Source: Eledone cirrhosa (taxonomy: Eukaryota). From it: a stretch of 64,000 bases of DNA. The number at the start of each line of letters is the position of its first letter. The first letter of the stretch is position 1. Position numbers and translations under genes: made by a program. Positions 10,401-20,529 of the stretch are shown one piece after another. The DNA lies in the NCBI GenBank assembly GCA_964016885.1, contig OZ024741.1:372062001-372126000 (forward strand), in the 5' to 3' direction. The notes below the pieces were generated by a model, which was not told the DNA's origin, did not search any database, and worked only from the letters and a program-made list of their open reading frames with translations.

Positions 10401-13400
10401 ATGACCTCACTCAGAATAGGCAGCATAAATGCGCGTGGCTTGGGGTCGTCATGGAAGCAGGGTCACCTGCTCAACGACCTCAGGTCACTAAACATAGATG
10501 TAGTGGCCATCAGCGAGACCAGAATCTCCGAAGCACGGGCCTTCGCACCGATCTTCGGCGGCTACGATGTGTACGCATCTCCCAGCCGTCCTGGATCGGG
10601 TGGAGGAGTTGCTGTGCTTTTTCGGAGAGGTTTGGATCTCGCCATACGGGCCATCTTCCTGGACCCAGAGGGTAAGCTGGTGGTGCTGGACGTGACCAGC
10701 GGAGACGGGCAAGCTTTCAGGCTAGTGGCCGTCTATGCCCCGACAGGAGCAGGGCGGCCTGATTTCTTCCGGCGTCTGGAGACCTTTCTTGGAACGTCCC
10801 GCTCTTTAGTGTTAGTGGGCGACTGGAACGGGATCTTAGATGCACGCTGGGACTGTGTGGGATTAGCGGATAGGGGTGGAGGGTGCAAGAGCCTCACCAA
10901 CCTGCTCAGGCGTTTTGAACTGTCTGACAGGTACCGATTGGATTTCCCGAATGTGCCAATGTGGACTTGGACAAACCGCATAGGGTCATCCAGATCATAT
11001 CTAGATAGAGTATTTTGTAGGGAAATAGATAGGTCTAGCATAGGCTGTCCACAATTCAAGATAGTCAGCTACACGGACCACAAATTCGTGACCTGTGTGC
11101 TTGACTTAGATAGGCTTCATAGACGAGGACCCGGCTACTGGAAGCTAAACGCGTCCTTACCAGCGCGCAAGGCCTACAGAGACCGGATTAGCGAACTAGT
11201 TAAGCGGGCGTTGACGGGGGCCATCGTCAACAACAAGTGGTGGTTTGCTCTGAAAAGAGCGATTAGAATAGAATCGATTAGGTTTAGTAAGGCTTTAGCA
11301 ATAGAGAAAAATAGAGCAGAGGGAGAACTAGTTAGAAAATTAGACGAGGCGCTTAGCAAAGGCATTGCGACCGACGTGCTTGCGGCGAAATTGGCCCTTG
11401 ACCAATTCTTCAATGCAAAGCACGAAGGCTGCGTTGTCAGAGCTAGGGTGCGTGCTCTCAGACACGAGGGGACGAAAGCCGTTCAATGGGCCCGAGTGGC
11501 GGAGGCGCGTCGTGGCAACAAAGCGAGGATCCGGTCTTTGGTGGACCACGACGGGCGCATGCTACTCGATCCCGGGCAAATGTGTGAAGCTTTTCAGCGA
11601 CACTTCGCTCAGCTGTTCGGGGGCAGCGGGGGGCCGGGTAGAGGGATGGACTTTAGTGTCTACCTCGACGGACTGCCGCGGCTCTCGGCCACTGAGGCGA
11701 GGTGTTGCGAAAAGCCGATAACAGCCGCTGAAGTAAGGGAGGCAATGACTGGCTGCACAAGGGGTAAATCGTCTGGTTTGGATGGTCTGCCCTATGAACT
11801 TTACGTACAGATGCCAGACTTGTTCGGAGGCCTCTTGGCGGACGTCTACTGCAACTGGCAACAGAACGGGAGAATTCCCAGTTCTGTGAGCCGAGGAGCG
11901 GTGGCACTGCTGAGAAAGGATCCGAACAAGGGGGATAACATAGACAATTTCCGGCCCATAACTCTGCTAAACACAGAGTTTAAGATTTTGGCCAAGGTGC
12001 TAGCAAAGAGGTTGGCGCTTGTCGTTGGTGGTCTGGTGGGAGAGGCGCAGACATGCGCCATTCCCGACAGATCCATCCACGACAACCTCCACCTCATGCG
12101 ATACATCGTAGAGAGGGTAGCTAGGGAACCTGGCACGGGTGGGTCCTTGATCAATTTAGATCAGTCGAAAGCTTTCGATAGGGTCGACCATCGTTACCTA
12201 GCGGCAGTCCTGAGGGCGGCTGGCTTTGGGCCCGTCTTCAGAGGCTGGATCGCTGCCATGCACAGCGACATCTGCTCTGTGGTGAGAGTGAACGGTCACC
12301 TGTCGGAACCGTTCAACATCATGCGCTCGGTCCGCCAAGGATGTCCCCTCTCGTCCCTCTTGTACGTATTGACTCTCGAGCCATTACTGCACAAACTGGA
12401 GACGTTGAGGGGAGTCCCGCGCGAACTAGGATGCGGAAGATCCGTGTCAGCATATGCGGACGATGTCACCGTAGTGGTGTCGAACGCCAAACACATCGAG
12501 GCGATCGGCACTACACTAAGAGAATACGAAGCGGTGACAGGAGCAATGATCAACCAGGAAAAGTCAGTGGGCCTGCAGCTCGGCACCTGGAGAGGCAGGT
12601 CCATGCCGTCCAACAGCATCGTCGGGCGCTGGACGGACGGACCGGTTAAATTGCTAGGGGTCTGGTTCGGTCCGGACCTCCAGACGGACAAAAACTGGGA
12701 CGAGGTGACGAGCAGGGTGGCTTCTCTCACCCAGAAATGGGCGGAGAGGAAGCTATCCCTGAAAGGTCGAGCGGAGGTGGCTAACGCGTACATCGCGTCT
12801 GTCATCTGCTACCGCCTAACCGTCGTACCTTGTCCTAAGCCTCGCCTGACTGCGCTGGAGCGTTTGCTCTTTCGCTTTTTGTGGAAGGGACGCGCTCCGA
12901 TGGTCAGGCGTTCCATCTGTTGTCAACACCCGCTACGTGGAGGGCTGGGCATGCCGTGGCTGATGATGCGCAGGCACGCGCTCAGGCTACGACATCTCCA
13001 CCTCTTCCTCGACGGTGATCAGGTGTGGTCGCCGTTTGCTAGACGCGTTTTTCCCCAGCTCGTTTCCTTGACGGAGCTGCAGTCCTGGGTCAAGCGAAGA
13101 CCGAGAGGGAGCGCCTGGAGACTGGAATGTCTTCAGGCGCTCACAGCCCTCGACCAATCGGGCAATGTGATCGGTGGAAACTCCACCTCGGCGTTCTATA
13201 GAGGATTAGTGGAGGGGAAGAGCGACGACGTACTTGGGGAAACTCTAGGCGTCGACGAAAATCAACTAGCCAATCTCTTCGGAAGAACTTTCGGGCCAGG
13301 GCCTATGGACAACTTCCAGAAATCTCTGGCCTGGCAGTGCTACCGAGGAGCCTTGCCAGTTCGGGATAAACTCTACAGGCATGGAGGTGCCGTCAGCCGG

Positions 13401-13820
13401 GCATGTCCGAGATGCGCGCAGGGCGACGAAACCGTCCTGCACGCACTCGTCCAGTGTCCGAAAATTGCTGACTTGTGGGTTTATGTCGAACACCTGCTGT
13501 CGCGTTTAGGACGGATCCGGCTATCATCTGAGTCCATCGTGAGGATTGCCCCGCCCTCCTCCTTTAGCCGGGAAGGGCAGGCAGTTTTTATCTGCCTGGT
13601 GGCCATGGCGAAAGAGATAGTATGGTGGACACGTTTGAAAGGGCTGAAGACGAGCACTTACCTCTTCGGTGATGCTCTGATTGACTTTTTCAAATTTCAT
13701 TTGAAAAGGAAAATCAGAGTAGAGAGGGAAGTGCTCTCTTCCCAGCATTTTGTTGAAAGATGGGTGAGAGAAGCAAGAATGGCCCGAGTGAATGGGCCTA
13801 CTCTGAGCATATATCTGTAA
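10401..13820 (+). CDS. ORF2p of copy 2 (APE + RT + Cys/His finger), 1139 aa
   Basis: Intact, with about six substitutions relative to copy 1, including KSPG to KSSG. Confidence 0.95.
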   Translation: MTSLRIGSINARGLGSSWKQGHLLNDLRSLNIDVVAISETRISEARAFAPIFGGYDVYASPSRPGSGGGVAVLFRRGLDLAIRAIFLDPEGKLVVLDVTSGDGQAFRLVAVYAPTGAGRPDFFRRLETFLGTSRSLVLVGDWNGILDARWDCVGLADRGGGCKSLTNLLRRFELSDRYRLDFPNVPMWTWTNRIGSSRSYLDRVFCREIDRSSIGCPQFKIVSYTDHKFVTCVLDLDRLHRRGPGYWKLNASLPARKAYRDRISELVKRALTGAIVNNKWWFALKRAIRIESIRFSKALAIEKNRAEGELVRKLDEALSKGIATDVLAAKLALDQFFNAKHEGCVVRARVRALRHEGTKAVQWARVAEARRGNKARIRSLVDHDGRMLLDPGQMCEAFQRHFAQLFGGSGGPGRGMDFSVYLDGLPRLSATEARCCEKPITAAEVREAMTGCTRGKSSGLDGLPYELYVQMPDLFGGLLADVYCNWQQNGRIPSSVSRGAVALLRKDPNKGDNIDNFRPITLLNTEFKILAKVLAKRLALVVGGLVGEAQTCAIPDRSIHDNLHLMRYIVERVAREPGTGGSLINLDQSKAFDRVDHRYLAAVLRAAGFGPVFRGWIAAMHSDICSVVRVNGHLSEPFNIMRSVRQGCPLSSLLYVLTLEPLLHKLETLRGVPRELGCGRSVSAYADDVTVVVSNAKHIEAIGTTLREYEAVTGAMINQEKSVGLQLGTWRGRSMPSNSIVGRWTDGPVKLLGVWFGPDLQTDKNWDEVTSRVASLTQKWAERKLSLKGRAEVANAYIASVICYRLTVVPCPKPRLTALERLLFRFLWKGRAPMVRRSICCQHPLRGGLGMPWLMMRRHALRLRHLHLFLDGDQVWSPFARRVFPQLVSLTELQSWVKRRPRGSAWRLECLQALTALDQSGNVIGGNSTSAFYRGLVEGKSDDVLGETLGVDENQLANLFGRTFGPGPMDNFQKSLAWQCYRGALPVRDKLYRHGGAVSRACPRCAQGDETVLHALVQCPKIADLWVYVEHLLSRLGRIRLSSESIVRIAPPSSFSREGQAVFICLVAMAKEIVWWTRLKGLKTSTYLFGDALIDFFKFHLKRKIRVEREVLSSQHFVERWVREARMARVNGPTLSIYL

Positions 13821-14067
13821 ATTAAAGGTTGAAAACTGGGAGAGGGCACTTGCCTTGGTGGTCAGTGTCATTGTGCCTTTTTGCTGGGCTTTCTCCACAA
13901 ATGTCCCTCCGAAGTCTCCCCCCTATTGGGGAATTTTTCATTGTTATTTTTGTTACATCCTCTGTTTTTGTTTTTTACACGCAGAAATGCCCATTTGTAC
14001 CGTCCTGCATTGTCCTGTACTGTCCTTAATGTCTACTTTATGTAAACCCTTGTGGTTAATAAAGAAA

Positions 14068-14069
<2 letters not shown>

Positions 14070-14111
<42 letters not shown>
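14070..14111 (+). repeat. (ATT)14 at the 3' junction of copy 2
   Basis: Directly follows AATAAAGAAATC; no poly(A). Confidence 0.95.
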
Positions 14112-14112
<1 letters not shown>

Positions 14113-14875
14113 GCCCACTTTCGATTTAGAACCATTTATCCGAACACAAATACTCGGTATAGAGATATCAGGGCAACAAGATGCTCACCATCGATCCCAT
14201 ACTCCTGCAGAACCTTCTACAGTAGGTTCCGAAGAACGCGGTCATATACATTTTCGAGGTCTACAAAACAAGAATATACCCCTTGGCAATACTCTCGTGA
14301 AATCTCGAAGATCTTCCACACTATGGATATTTGGTCGGCTGTGCTCCGTCCAGGGCGAAAACCGCACTGCTCATCAGCTAGATTGGACTCGACAATCTCC
14401 CTGCATCTCTTTGCCAGACACGTAGCATAGACTTTACCGAGGAGGCTTAACAAGGAGATCCCTCTGTAATTGGAACAATATTTCTTGTCTCCCTTTTGAA
14501 AATTGGGATTATCACTCCCGATTGCCATTGCTTAGGTGCCTCTTCAGAGATCCAGGCCACCCGGCACACACGTGCCAGCCAGAGAACACCTTCTCTAGTT
14601 AAGGCTTTTAACAACTCAGGACGGATTTCATCTTCCTCGGCGGCCTTGCCACATTTGAGCTCTTTAACTGCTCTTGTGACCTTAACATCTGAGAGATTAG
14701 TCACAACTCCCAGGCACTACGTGTGTATCAGATGCTGTTGTGATCGGGTTTAGCAGATCAGCAAAATATACTCTCCACCCTGCGAGGATGTACCTCTCTG
14801 AAGAGAGAAGAACCCCAGACGTGTTCTTGATAGCAGGTGTGGGTGAGGACTTCTTGTTATGGGTCGCAGGTGGCG
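14112..14875 (-). mobile_element. Degenerate internal fragment of an RTE-clade LINE
   Basis: Frameshifted RT motifs GKAAEEDEIRPELLK, IIPIFK, NYRGISLLS, EQCGFRPGRST, FVDLENVYDRV. Same family as 61569-63283. Confidence 0.8.
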
Positions 14876-15588
14876 TTAGCGATACGGTCACCAGATATGA
14901 TGGTTAGTTGCGGTATAAGCGGGCAGCAGCTGGACAAATGAACAACTCCAGACCAACAGCGGTAATCTACTAGGTGAGATAGAACATCTGTAGCTCCCAA
15001 GAAAATTCTCACAACACAGTGATGTCACTCTAACTATACAAAAAGAAAAAAGAAAATAACTAATAACAGTAAATTGGAATAACATAGGAATTGTAACTCA
15101 ACATATAGACTTGCACAGCTTTAGTTAAACATTCTATCCACTTAATATGCTTTTTGAATCTAACTGTTTGTCTACGTTAACTCTTTTGATATTGTTTTTG
15201 TTCTTGGAACCTTGTGAGGTTCGTAACCTTATTTTTGTGTTCTTTATAATTTACTGGGAATATACGAGTTGTAGGTAATATGTATGGTGTAGTTAATTGT
15301 TAACTAATAATTTCCAGTGTGCTGAAAATATATGTACCATTACAACTGTATAGAAACGGACGTAGAAATAAAGGAATGGATGTAAGTTGGTAACCTTGAT
15401 TTATTTCTAATGTCATTTTAATGCTGTGCTACCCGAACTGTCCTTAACAAGATATTTAACTGTAGATAACTTTATCGTCCGTTTTAAACTCACTCCTGGT
15501 GAACCGAAGATTGTAATGTTCATGTAGCTTCTCTCACCTTACCAAAGATAATACTGTAGTAGTACACTATAATCACATATTTTATATA

Positions 15589-15630
<42 letters not shown>

Positions 15631-15631
<1 letters not shown>

Positions 15632-15815
15632 TGTTTCTACTTTAGGCACAAGGCCAGCAATTACCCAGTGTATTACTGGTACTTTATTTTATCGACCCCG
15701 TAAGGATGAAAGGCAAAGTCAACCTCGGCGGGATTTGAACTCAGATCATAAAGGGACGTAACTATGCTGGAAAGCATGGTGTCCGACCCTCTACCAATAC
15801 TGCCAATCCACCACC
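15631..15815 (-). mobile_element. tRNA-derived SINE with a Nin/Deu-like central domain. Other copies (approximate): 31930-32110(+), 33190-33390(-), 42610-42725(+), 47195-47413(-), 47470-47658(-), 47962-48125(-), 48143-48329(-), 48370-48585(-), 50215-50350(+), 62331-62509(-)
   Basis: A-box-like TGGCAGTATYGG, B-box GAGTTCAAATCC, core GCCTTTCATCCTTACGGGGTCGATAAAATAAAGTACCAG, 3' end CCTTGTGCCTAAAGTAGAAAC plus an (ATT)-like tail. More than 10 copies in the window. Confidence 0.85.
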
Positions 15816-15817
15816 TA

Positions 15818-15848
<31 letters not shown>

Positions 15849-15922
15849 ATTTGAAGACTAAAATCCAAAGAGGGCTCGATAAGGATAAATATATATCAAA
15901 TATATAAGAACCGTAGAGCAAA

Positions 15923-16219
15923 TATTTATTAAAATAACAGATTAAAGTTTAAGCAAAGAATCGCTGCTTTCACTCTTAACGTGGATATTTTACGTCTTGA
16001 TGTGGGAGCTAAGTATATGTTTTGTTTATACCATTACTTATTTGCATAGCGAACGTTTCCACGAACCAAAGTATCGTCTTCCTCTCTTCCTCCGGTTGCA
16101 ACGTTTTTTTAAATATCCACTTCTGCGTTTACAGATTGACTTTGTTAGTTTCAGAAGATCCCGTTAAGGCTGAAAGCAGCGATTCGTTGCTTAAACTTTA
16201 ATCTGTTATTTTAATAAAT
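15923..16219. repeat. Inverted repeat (~60 bp arms) around a ~175 bp spacer
   Basis: atttattaaaataacagattaaagtttaagcaa.gaatcgctgctttca and its reverse complement. Confidence 0.8.
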
Positions 16220-16233
16220 ATATATATATATAT

Positions 16234-16617
16234 ATTAATAAAAGGAATTCCAACTTTGTCTGATTTACTCGTTTTATTTACAATCCTTTAAAATTTATAA
16301 TGGTATTAGAATGAAACAGTATGGTTGAATATTAAATGTTAAGTGTTAATTGAACAAGTACTTTCATGCTTTCGCGATCTTCAGGTTCATATTCTGTGGT
16401 AACAGTCAAGTTTGCAATTTTCAACTGTGAAAATTGCAAACTTGACTGTCACCACACATTATGAACCTGAAGATTGCGAAAGCATGAAAGTACTTGTTCA
16501 ATTAACACTTAACATTTAATATTCAACCATACTATTTCATTCTAATACCATTATAAATTTTAAAGGATTGTAAATAAAACAAGTAAATCAGACAAAGTTG
16601 GAATTCCTTTTATTAAT
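16234..16617. repeat. Near-perfect ~384 bp palindrome (190 bp arms, 4-nt loop) flanked by (TA)n; probably derived from a Penelope pLTR
   Basis: Arms are reverse-complementary with few mismatches; centre ttttca-actg-tgaaaa at 16424-16427. Confidence 0.9.
16462..16500 (+). ncRNA. Minimal type I hammerhead ribozyme motif (mirror copy on the minus strand at 16351-16389)
   Basis: UGAAC-CUGAAGA-U-UGC(GAAA)GCA-U-GAAA-GUACUU-GUUCA: stem I UGAAC/GUUCA, GNRA-capped stem II, palindromic stem III AAGUACUU. Confidence 0.6.
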
Positions 16618-16628
16618 ATATATATATA

Positions 16629-16707
<79 letters not shown>

Positions 16708-16852
16708 GCACACATTGTTGGCTTAGGATGACCTCTGCCTCGTTCAGCAAGAGCAAGAGGACAGAACAAGACAAGGTAATACCTCTGAAGATACGTGAGT
16801 GATGTGAACTAAGGTGTTATGATAAATTAATCGACTTAATGCGCAAAATTAG

Positions 16853-16885
<33 letters not shown>

Positions 16886-16925
16886 ATACTTTGGGAGGGT
16901 CATGTTGCCAACAAATTCAGAAACG

Positions 16926-16967
<42 letters not shown>

Positions 16968-17056
16968 ACCGAAATATATATATATATATATATATATATC
17001 CACCGAAATATATATATATATATATGTCCACCTGGTTCCTTACCACATTTCCTTCG

Positions 17057-17096
<40 letters not shown>

Positions 17097-17097
17097 A

Positions 17098-17129
<32 letters not shown>

Positions 17130-17218
17130 AATCTATATATATATGTAAATATCATAAATCATGTCTTATGAATCATCAGATATTAAAATATATACTATTT
17201 CTTCTTCCAATATATATG

Positions 17219-17307
<89 letters not shown>

Positions 17308-17391
17308 CTTTGAATAACTTTGAAATGTTTCGGCCAGTATTGGCCCAGGCCATGTCTAACTTAATAGCACCACCTGGCGAAGTCTTTCAAT

Positions 17392-20300
17392 TCAGGATTT
17401 GGGCACCATGGCCCATTCGAGAAGGGAATTACTGTTTGCGGAGACATATCCGGGTGTGGGTGGTTTGTCCGGGATTACTTGGAGGAATTTGTCCAAAGAC
17501 TTCTTGAATTTTGTGTGGTCAGTTTCTTTTTTGACGTGTCCTGGTGTGATGTTGAAGAGAGCAGGGCTAATTGAGGTGAAATAATTGTGCCGTATTGTTG
17601 TTATGAGTTGCGATTTAGATTTTTGTTTGGGACGGATAGCACGGGGCCCAAGCCTTGGGTGTATTTTGAAGGTGATGCCAACATCATTTGGGCAGTGCTG
17701 ATGAAACATTTTCCACATCATGCAGATAATATAACGCTCACGGCGACGTTGGAGTGAGTAAAGTTTCAGCTTTTCTAGTCGACCCCAGTAGTCAAGGTCT
17801 GACATGCCATCTATCTTTTTCGTGATTGCCCTTTGGGGAGCTTCAAGTTTCATGATACTTTGTTTCGTGTGGGGAGACCACAGTGGACAACAGTATTCAA
17901 GGTGTGGTCGGGCAAAAGTGGAGAAGAGAAGGATAATGGTGTGGGAATCTCTCGACTGGAAGGTTCTGAGGATCCAGGAACACATTCTGCGGGCCATGTC
18001 AACTTTGCTGCTTATATGCGTGGCCCAGCTTATGTTGCTGTCCACGGTTACTCCCAAGTCTCTGATGTTGTTAGATGCCACGAGAGTTTCACCGGAGGGA
18101 AGGGAGTACGGGAGTTTCAGAGCATCCTCTTTTCCAAAGTGGATTAGTTCGAATTTGTCTTCGTTCAGTAACATGTTGTTCTTTTCCGCCCATTGGGTAA
18201 CAGCCAGTAGGTCTGACTGAAGGCTTATCCGGTCATCCACGCCATTGATGACCTTTTGGAGCTTGGAATCATCAGCAAAAATTCTAATGTTGCTGTGTTT
18301 GATGATGTCAGTGATGTCATTAATATAGATGATGAAGAGAAGTGGGCCCAACACAGTGCCTTGTGGGACCCCACTACTGACTTTGGCTGGGCTGGATTTG
18401 ACTCCTTCGACTACAACATGTTGGGTTCTGTTTGACAGGAAGTTCTTGATCCACTGCAGCAGCTTTCCAATGACACCAATATTGGACAGCTTTCTCAGTA
18501 GAATGCTGTGATCAACCCTGTCAAAGGCCTTGCTGAAATCAAGGTAGATAACATCAGTGTTGGAACCCTCTCCCAAGGCTCTCAAAATGTCATCAAAGTG
18601 ATGCAGTAGCTGCGTCAGGCAATCCCTTCCATTACGGAATCCATGCTGGTTGGAGTTCAGCATATTGTTACTCTCAAGGAAGTGAGTCATTCGCGATCTC
18701 ACCACTCTCGCAAATACCTTAATGATATGAGAGGTGAGTGAGATTGGACGGTAATTCACGGCAAGGGATTTGTTTCCTTTTTTGAAAACTGGGACAACAG
18801 ACTGGGATAGAAGGTTTTCTGGCATATATCCAGCATCCAGTGAGTTCCGCCACAGATTGGCAAGAGGAGATGCAAGTTGGTGTTGACACGCCTTCAAGAC
18901 ACAAGCAGGGAACCTATCGGGACCTACTGCTGAATTATGCTTGATTTCTTTTATTGCCGCTAAGACATCAGGGGCGCCAAACGTTATGTCCGATAAGGTG
19001 TAATGGGGAGTAACATCGCCGATACAGCCCAGATCGGCCATATCAGGATTGCTGAAAACAGAGCAGTATTGTTTCTGCAGTATCTCACCCATGGTTTTAG
19101 CATTGTCTTGAAGAGTGCCATTTTCATCAATTAGAGGGCCAAGAGTAGAGCCAGTGATTTTGTGTTTTTTTGCAAATGAAAAGAACACTTTGGGATTGAG
19201 TTTGATCTTCTCAATGGCCCAGGCCTCTTCAGCTCTTCTCTGATTGTTGATGATAGACATCATATTGTTTTGGAGGTTATGTTTTTTAATCTCTAGTGAT
19301 GAAATGGCAGTCAAGTTGATGTGTTGCTGCTGACAGTATTTCAGCTTGTTGATTTTTTTGTTAGTTCTCTTAATTTTCCTGATGAGCGTTTTTCTATTTC
19401 TAGGGATTCTGCTCTTAGATTTGTTTATAGTTCTTAATGGGGTGTGTTTTGCACATATGTTTGTAACAGTGTCCACAAATGTCTGCCAGGACTTTTTGAT
19501 GTTAGTGGGTGTGTGAGTGTGCGTGAAGGACCAGTCGACATGTGCAAGATCATGACTGATCGCTTCCCAGTTTGCATTGTGGAAATCCATAGCGTCAAAC
19601 GGATGGACAGGAGAGATGACATTGGGTTTGTATATTGGACGGTGGAATCTCAGATCACAGAGAACCATGTCATGATCAGAGAGTAAAGTTTTCTCCACTG
19701 CAATATTGTGGATAGTGTCAGTGTGATTGCTGAAAATTAAGTCTAGGGCGTTTTTGTGGCACCTCGTTGGTTCGAGCACCAGTTGGGACAAGAAGAAATC
19801 ATCCATGAAGTCAAGAAGCGATTCCACTGCTTCCCTGTCAGAGGTTGAGGCAGAAGAACCTGATGGCAGGCTGTTTGTGGACCAGTCAACTCCGGGGAGG
19901 TTGAAGTCCCCCATCATTAAGATGTTGTCAGGGTGACACTCTTGAATGAAACACTTTATGCTGTTGAGACATTCCTTGAAGCATGGTAGAGGCGTTTGTG
20001 GTGGCCTATAGAGCCCAACTACTATTAGGTTGTTGGTTTGACTGAATACAGTGACTGCTTCGCAGTATCCATTAGTAAATATGTTCATAGCCTCTGTTGA
20101 GAAAGAATTATGGACATAAATGGCAGTCCCGCCCTTTCTTCTGCCAGCGCGATCAGCACGGATGGCTTTGAAATTTTTCACTTTCACCTCGGCTTCCAAG
20201 TGGAGGTTGCTGAGATGGGTTTCAGTGAGGACGAAGAAAGGGATGTGGTTTGGATGGACATCAACCCAGTCCTCCAGGAATTTGATCTTCCATTTTTGAG

Positions 20301-20529
20301 TATTGGTGGAAGGGCTGATGCCTTGGGCGTTAAGCAAAAATGTAGAGGCGAGAGTGGATGGTTTTAATTGTTTTGGTGTGTTGTTAATTTGTTTGTTTGT
20401 TAATGGCAGCAATGGGAGTTTGTGCAGTGGGGTGATAGTGGAGGGTGGTGCTGGGTGATAGCTCGAATGTATTTTTCCAGTTCTTTTGCCAGATTCATTA
20501 TGGCTAAAAAAGAGGAAGAAGTTTCCTGT
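17392..20529 (-). CDS. ORF2p (APE + RT), ~1000 aa, no initiating AUG; frame open from 20529
   Basis: Motifs LLNAQG, LTETHL, GLYRPP, GDFN, LDLIF, SDH, NYRPISLTS, QHGFR, YLDFSKAFDRV, GVPQGTVLGPLLF, FADD and the CR1-like LEYCCPLWSP. The first in-frame Met lies inside the APE domain. Confidence 0.9.
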   Translation of the reverse strand, partial: TGNFFLFFSHNESGKRTGKIHSSYHPAPPSTITPLHKLPLLPLTNKQINNTPKQLKPSTLASTFLLNAQGISPSTNTQKWKIKFLEDWVDVHPNHIPFFVLTETHLSNLHLEAEVKVKNFKAIRADRAGRRKGGTAIYVHNSFSTEAMNIFTNGYCEAVTVFSQTNNLIVVGLYRPPQTPLPCFKECLNSIKCFIQECHPDNILMMGDFNLPGVDWSTNSLPSGSSASTSDREAVESLLDFMDDFFLSQLVLEPTRCHKNALDLIFSNHTDTIHNIAVEKTLLSDHDMVLCDLRFHRPIYKPNVISPVHPFDAMDFHNANWEAISHDLAHVDWSFTHTHTPTNIKKSWQTFVDTVTNICAKHTPLRTINKSKSRIPRNRKTLIRKIKRTNKKINKLKYCQQQHINLTAISSLEIKKHNLQNNMMSIINNQRRAEEAWAIEKIKLNPKVFFSFAKKHKITGSTLGPLIDENGTLQDNAKTMGEILQKQYCSVFSNPDMADLGCIGDVTPHYTLSDITFGAPDVLAAIKEIKHNSAVGPDRFPACVLKACQHQLASPLANLWRNSLDAGYMPENLLSQSVVPVFKKGNKSLAVNYRPISLTSHIIKVFARVVRSRMTHFLESNNMLNSNQHGFRNGRDCLTQLLHHFDDILRALGEGSNTDVIYLDFSKAFDRVDHSILLRKLSNIGVIGKLLQWIKNFLSNRTQHVVVEGVKSSPAKVSSGVPQGTVLGPLLFIIYINDITDIIKHSNIRIFADDSKLQKVINGVDDRISLQSDLLAVTQWAEKNNMLLNEDKFELIHFGKEDALKLPYSLPSGETLVASNNIRDLGVTVDSNISWATHISSKVDMARRMCSWILRTFQSRDSHTIILLFSTFARPHLEYCCPLWSPHTKQSIMKLEAPQRAITKKIDGMSDLDYWGRLEKLKLYSLQRRRERYIICMMWKMFHQHCPNDVGITFKIHPRLGPRAIRPKQKSKSQLITTIRHNYFTSISPALFNITPGHVKKETDHTKFKKSLDKFLQVIPDKPPTPGYVSANSNSLLEWAMVPKS

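Larger units (their letters stand above)
8055..14069 (+). mobile_element. Full-length Tx1/L1-clade non-LTR retrotransposon, copy 2
   Basis: Same architecture as copy 1 with scattered substitutions and indels. AATAAA at 14058-14063, ending in GAAATC. Confidence 0.93.

Noticed and set aside
2322-13898. Antisense and alternate-frame ORFs inside the Tx1-like elements
   Set aside because: Shadows of low-complexity or GC-rich coding sequence; their recurrence only reflects the duplicated element
2004-14069. The tandem pair as a pure assembly duplication
   Set aside because: The copies differ by many substitutions and by frame-preserving indels; joined haplotypes cannot be fully excluded without reads
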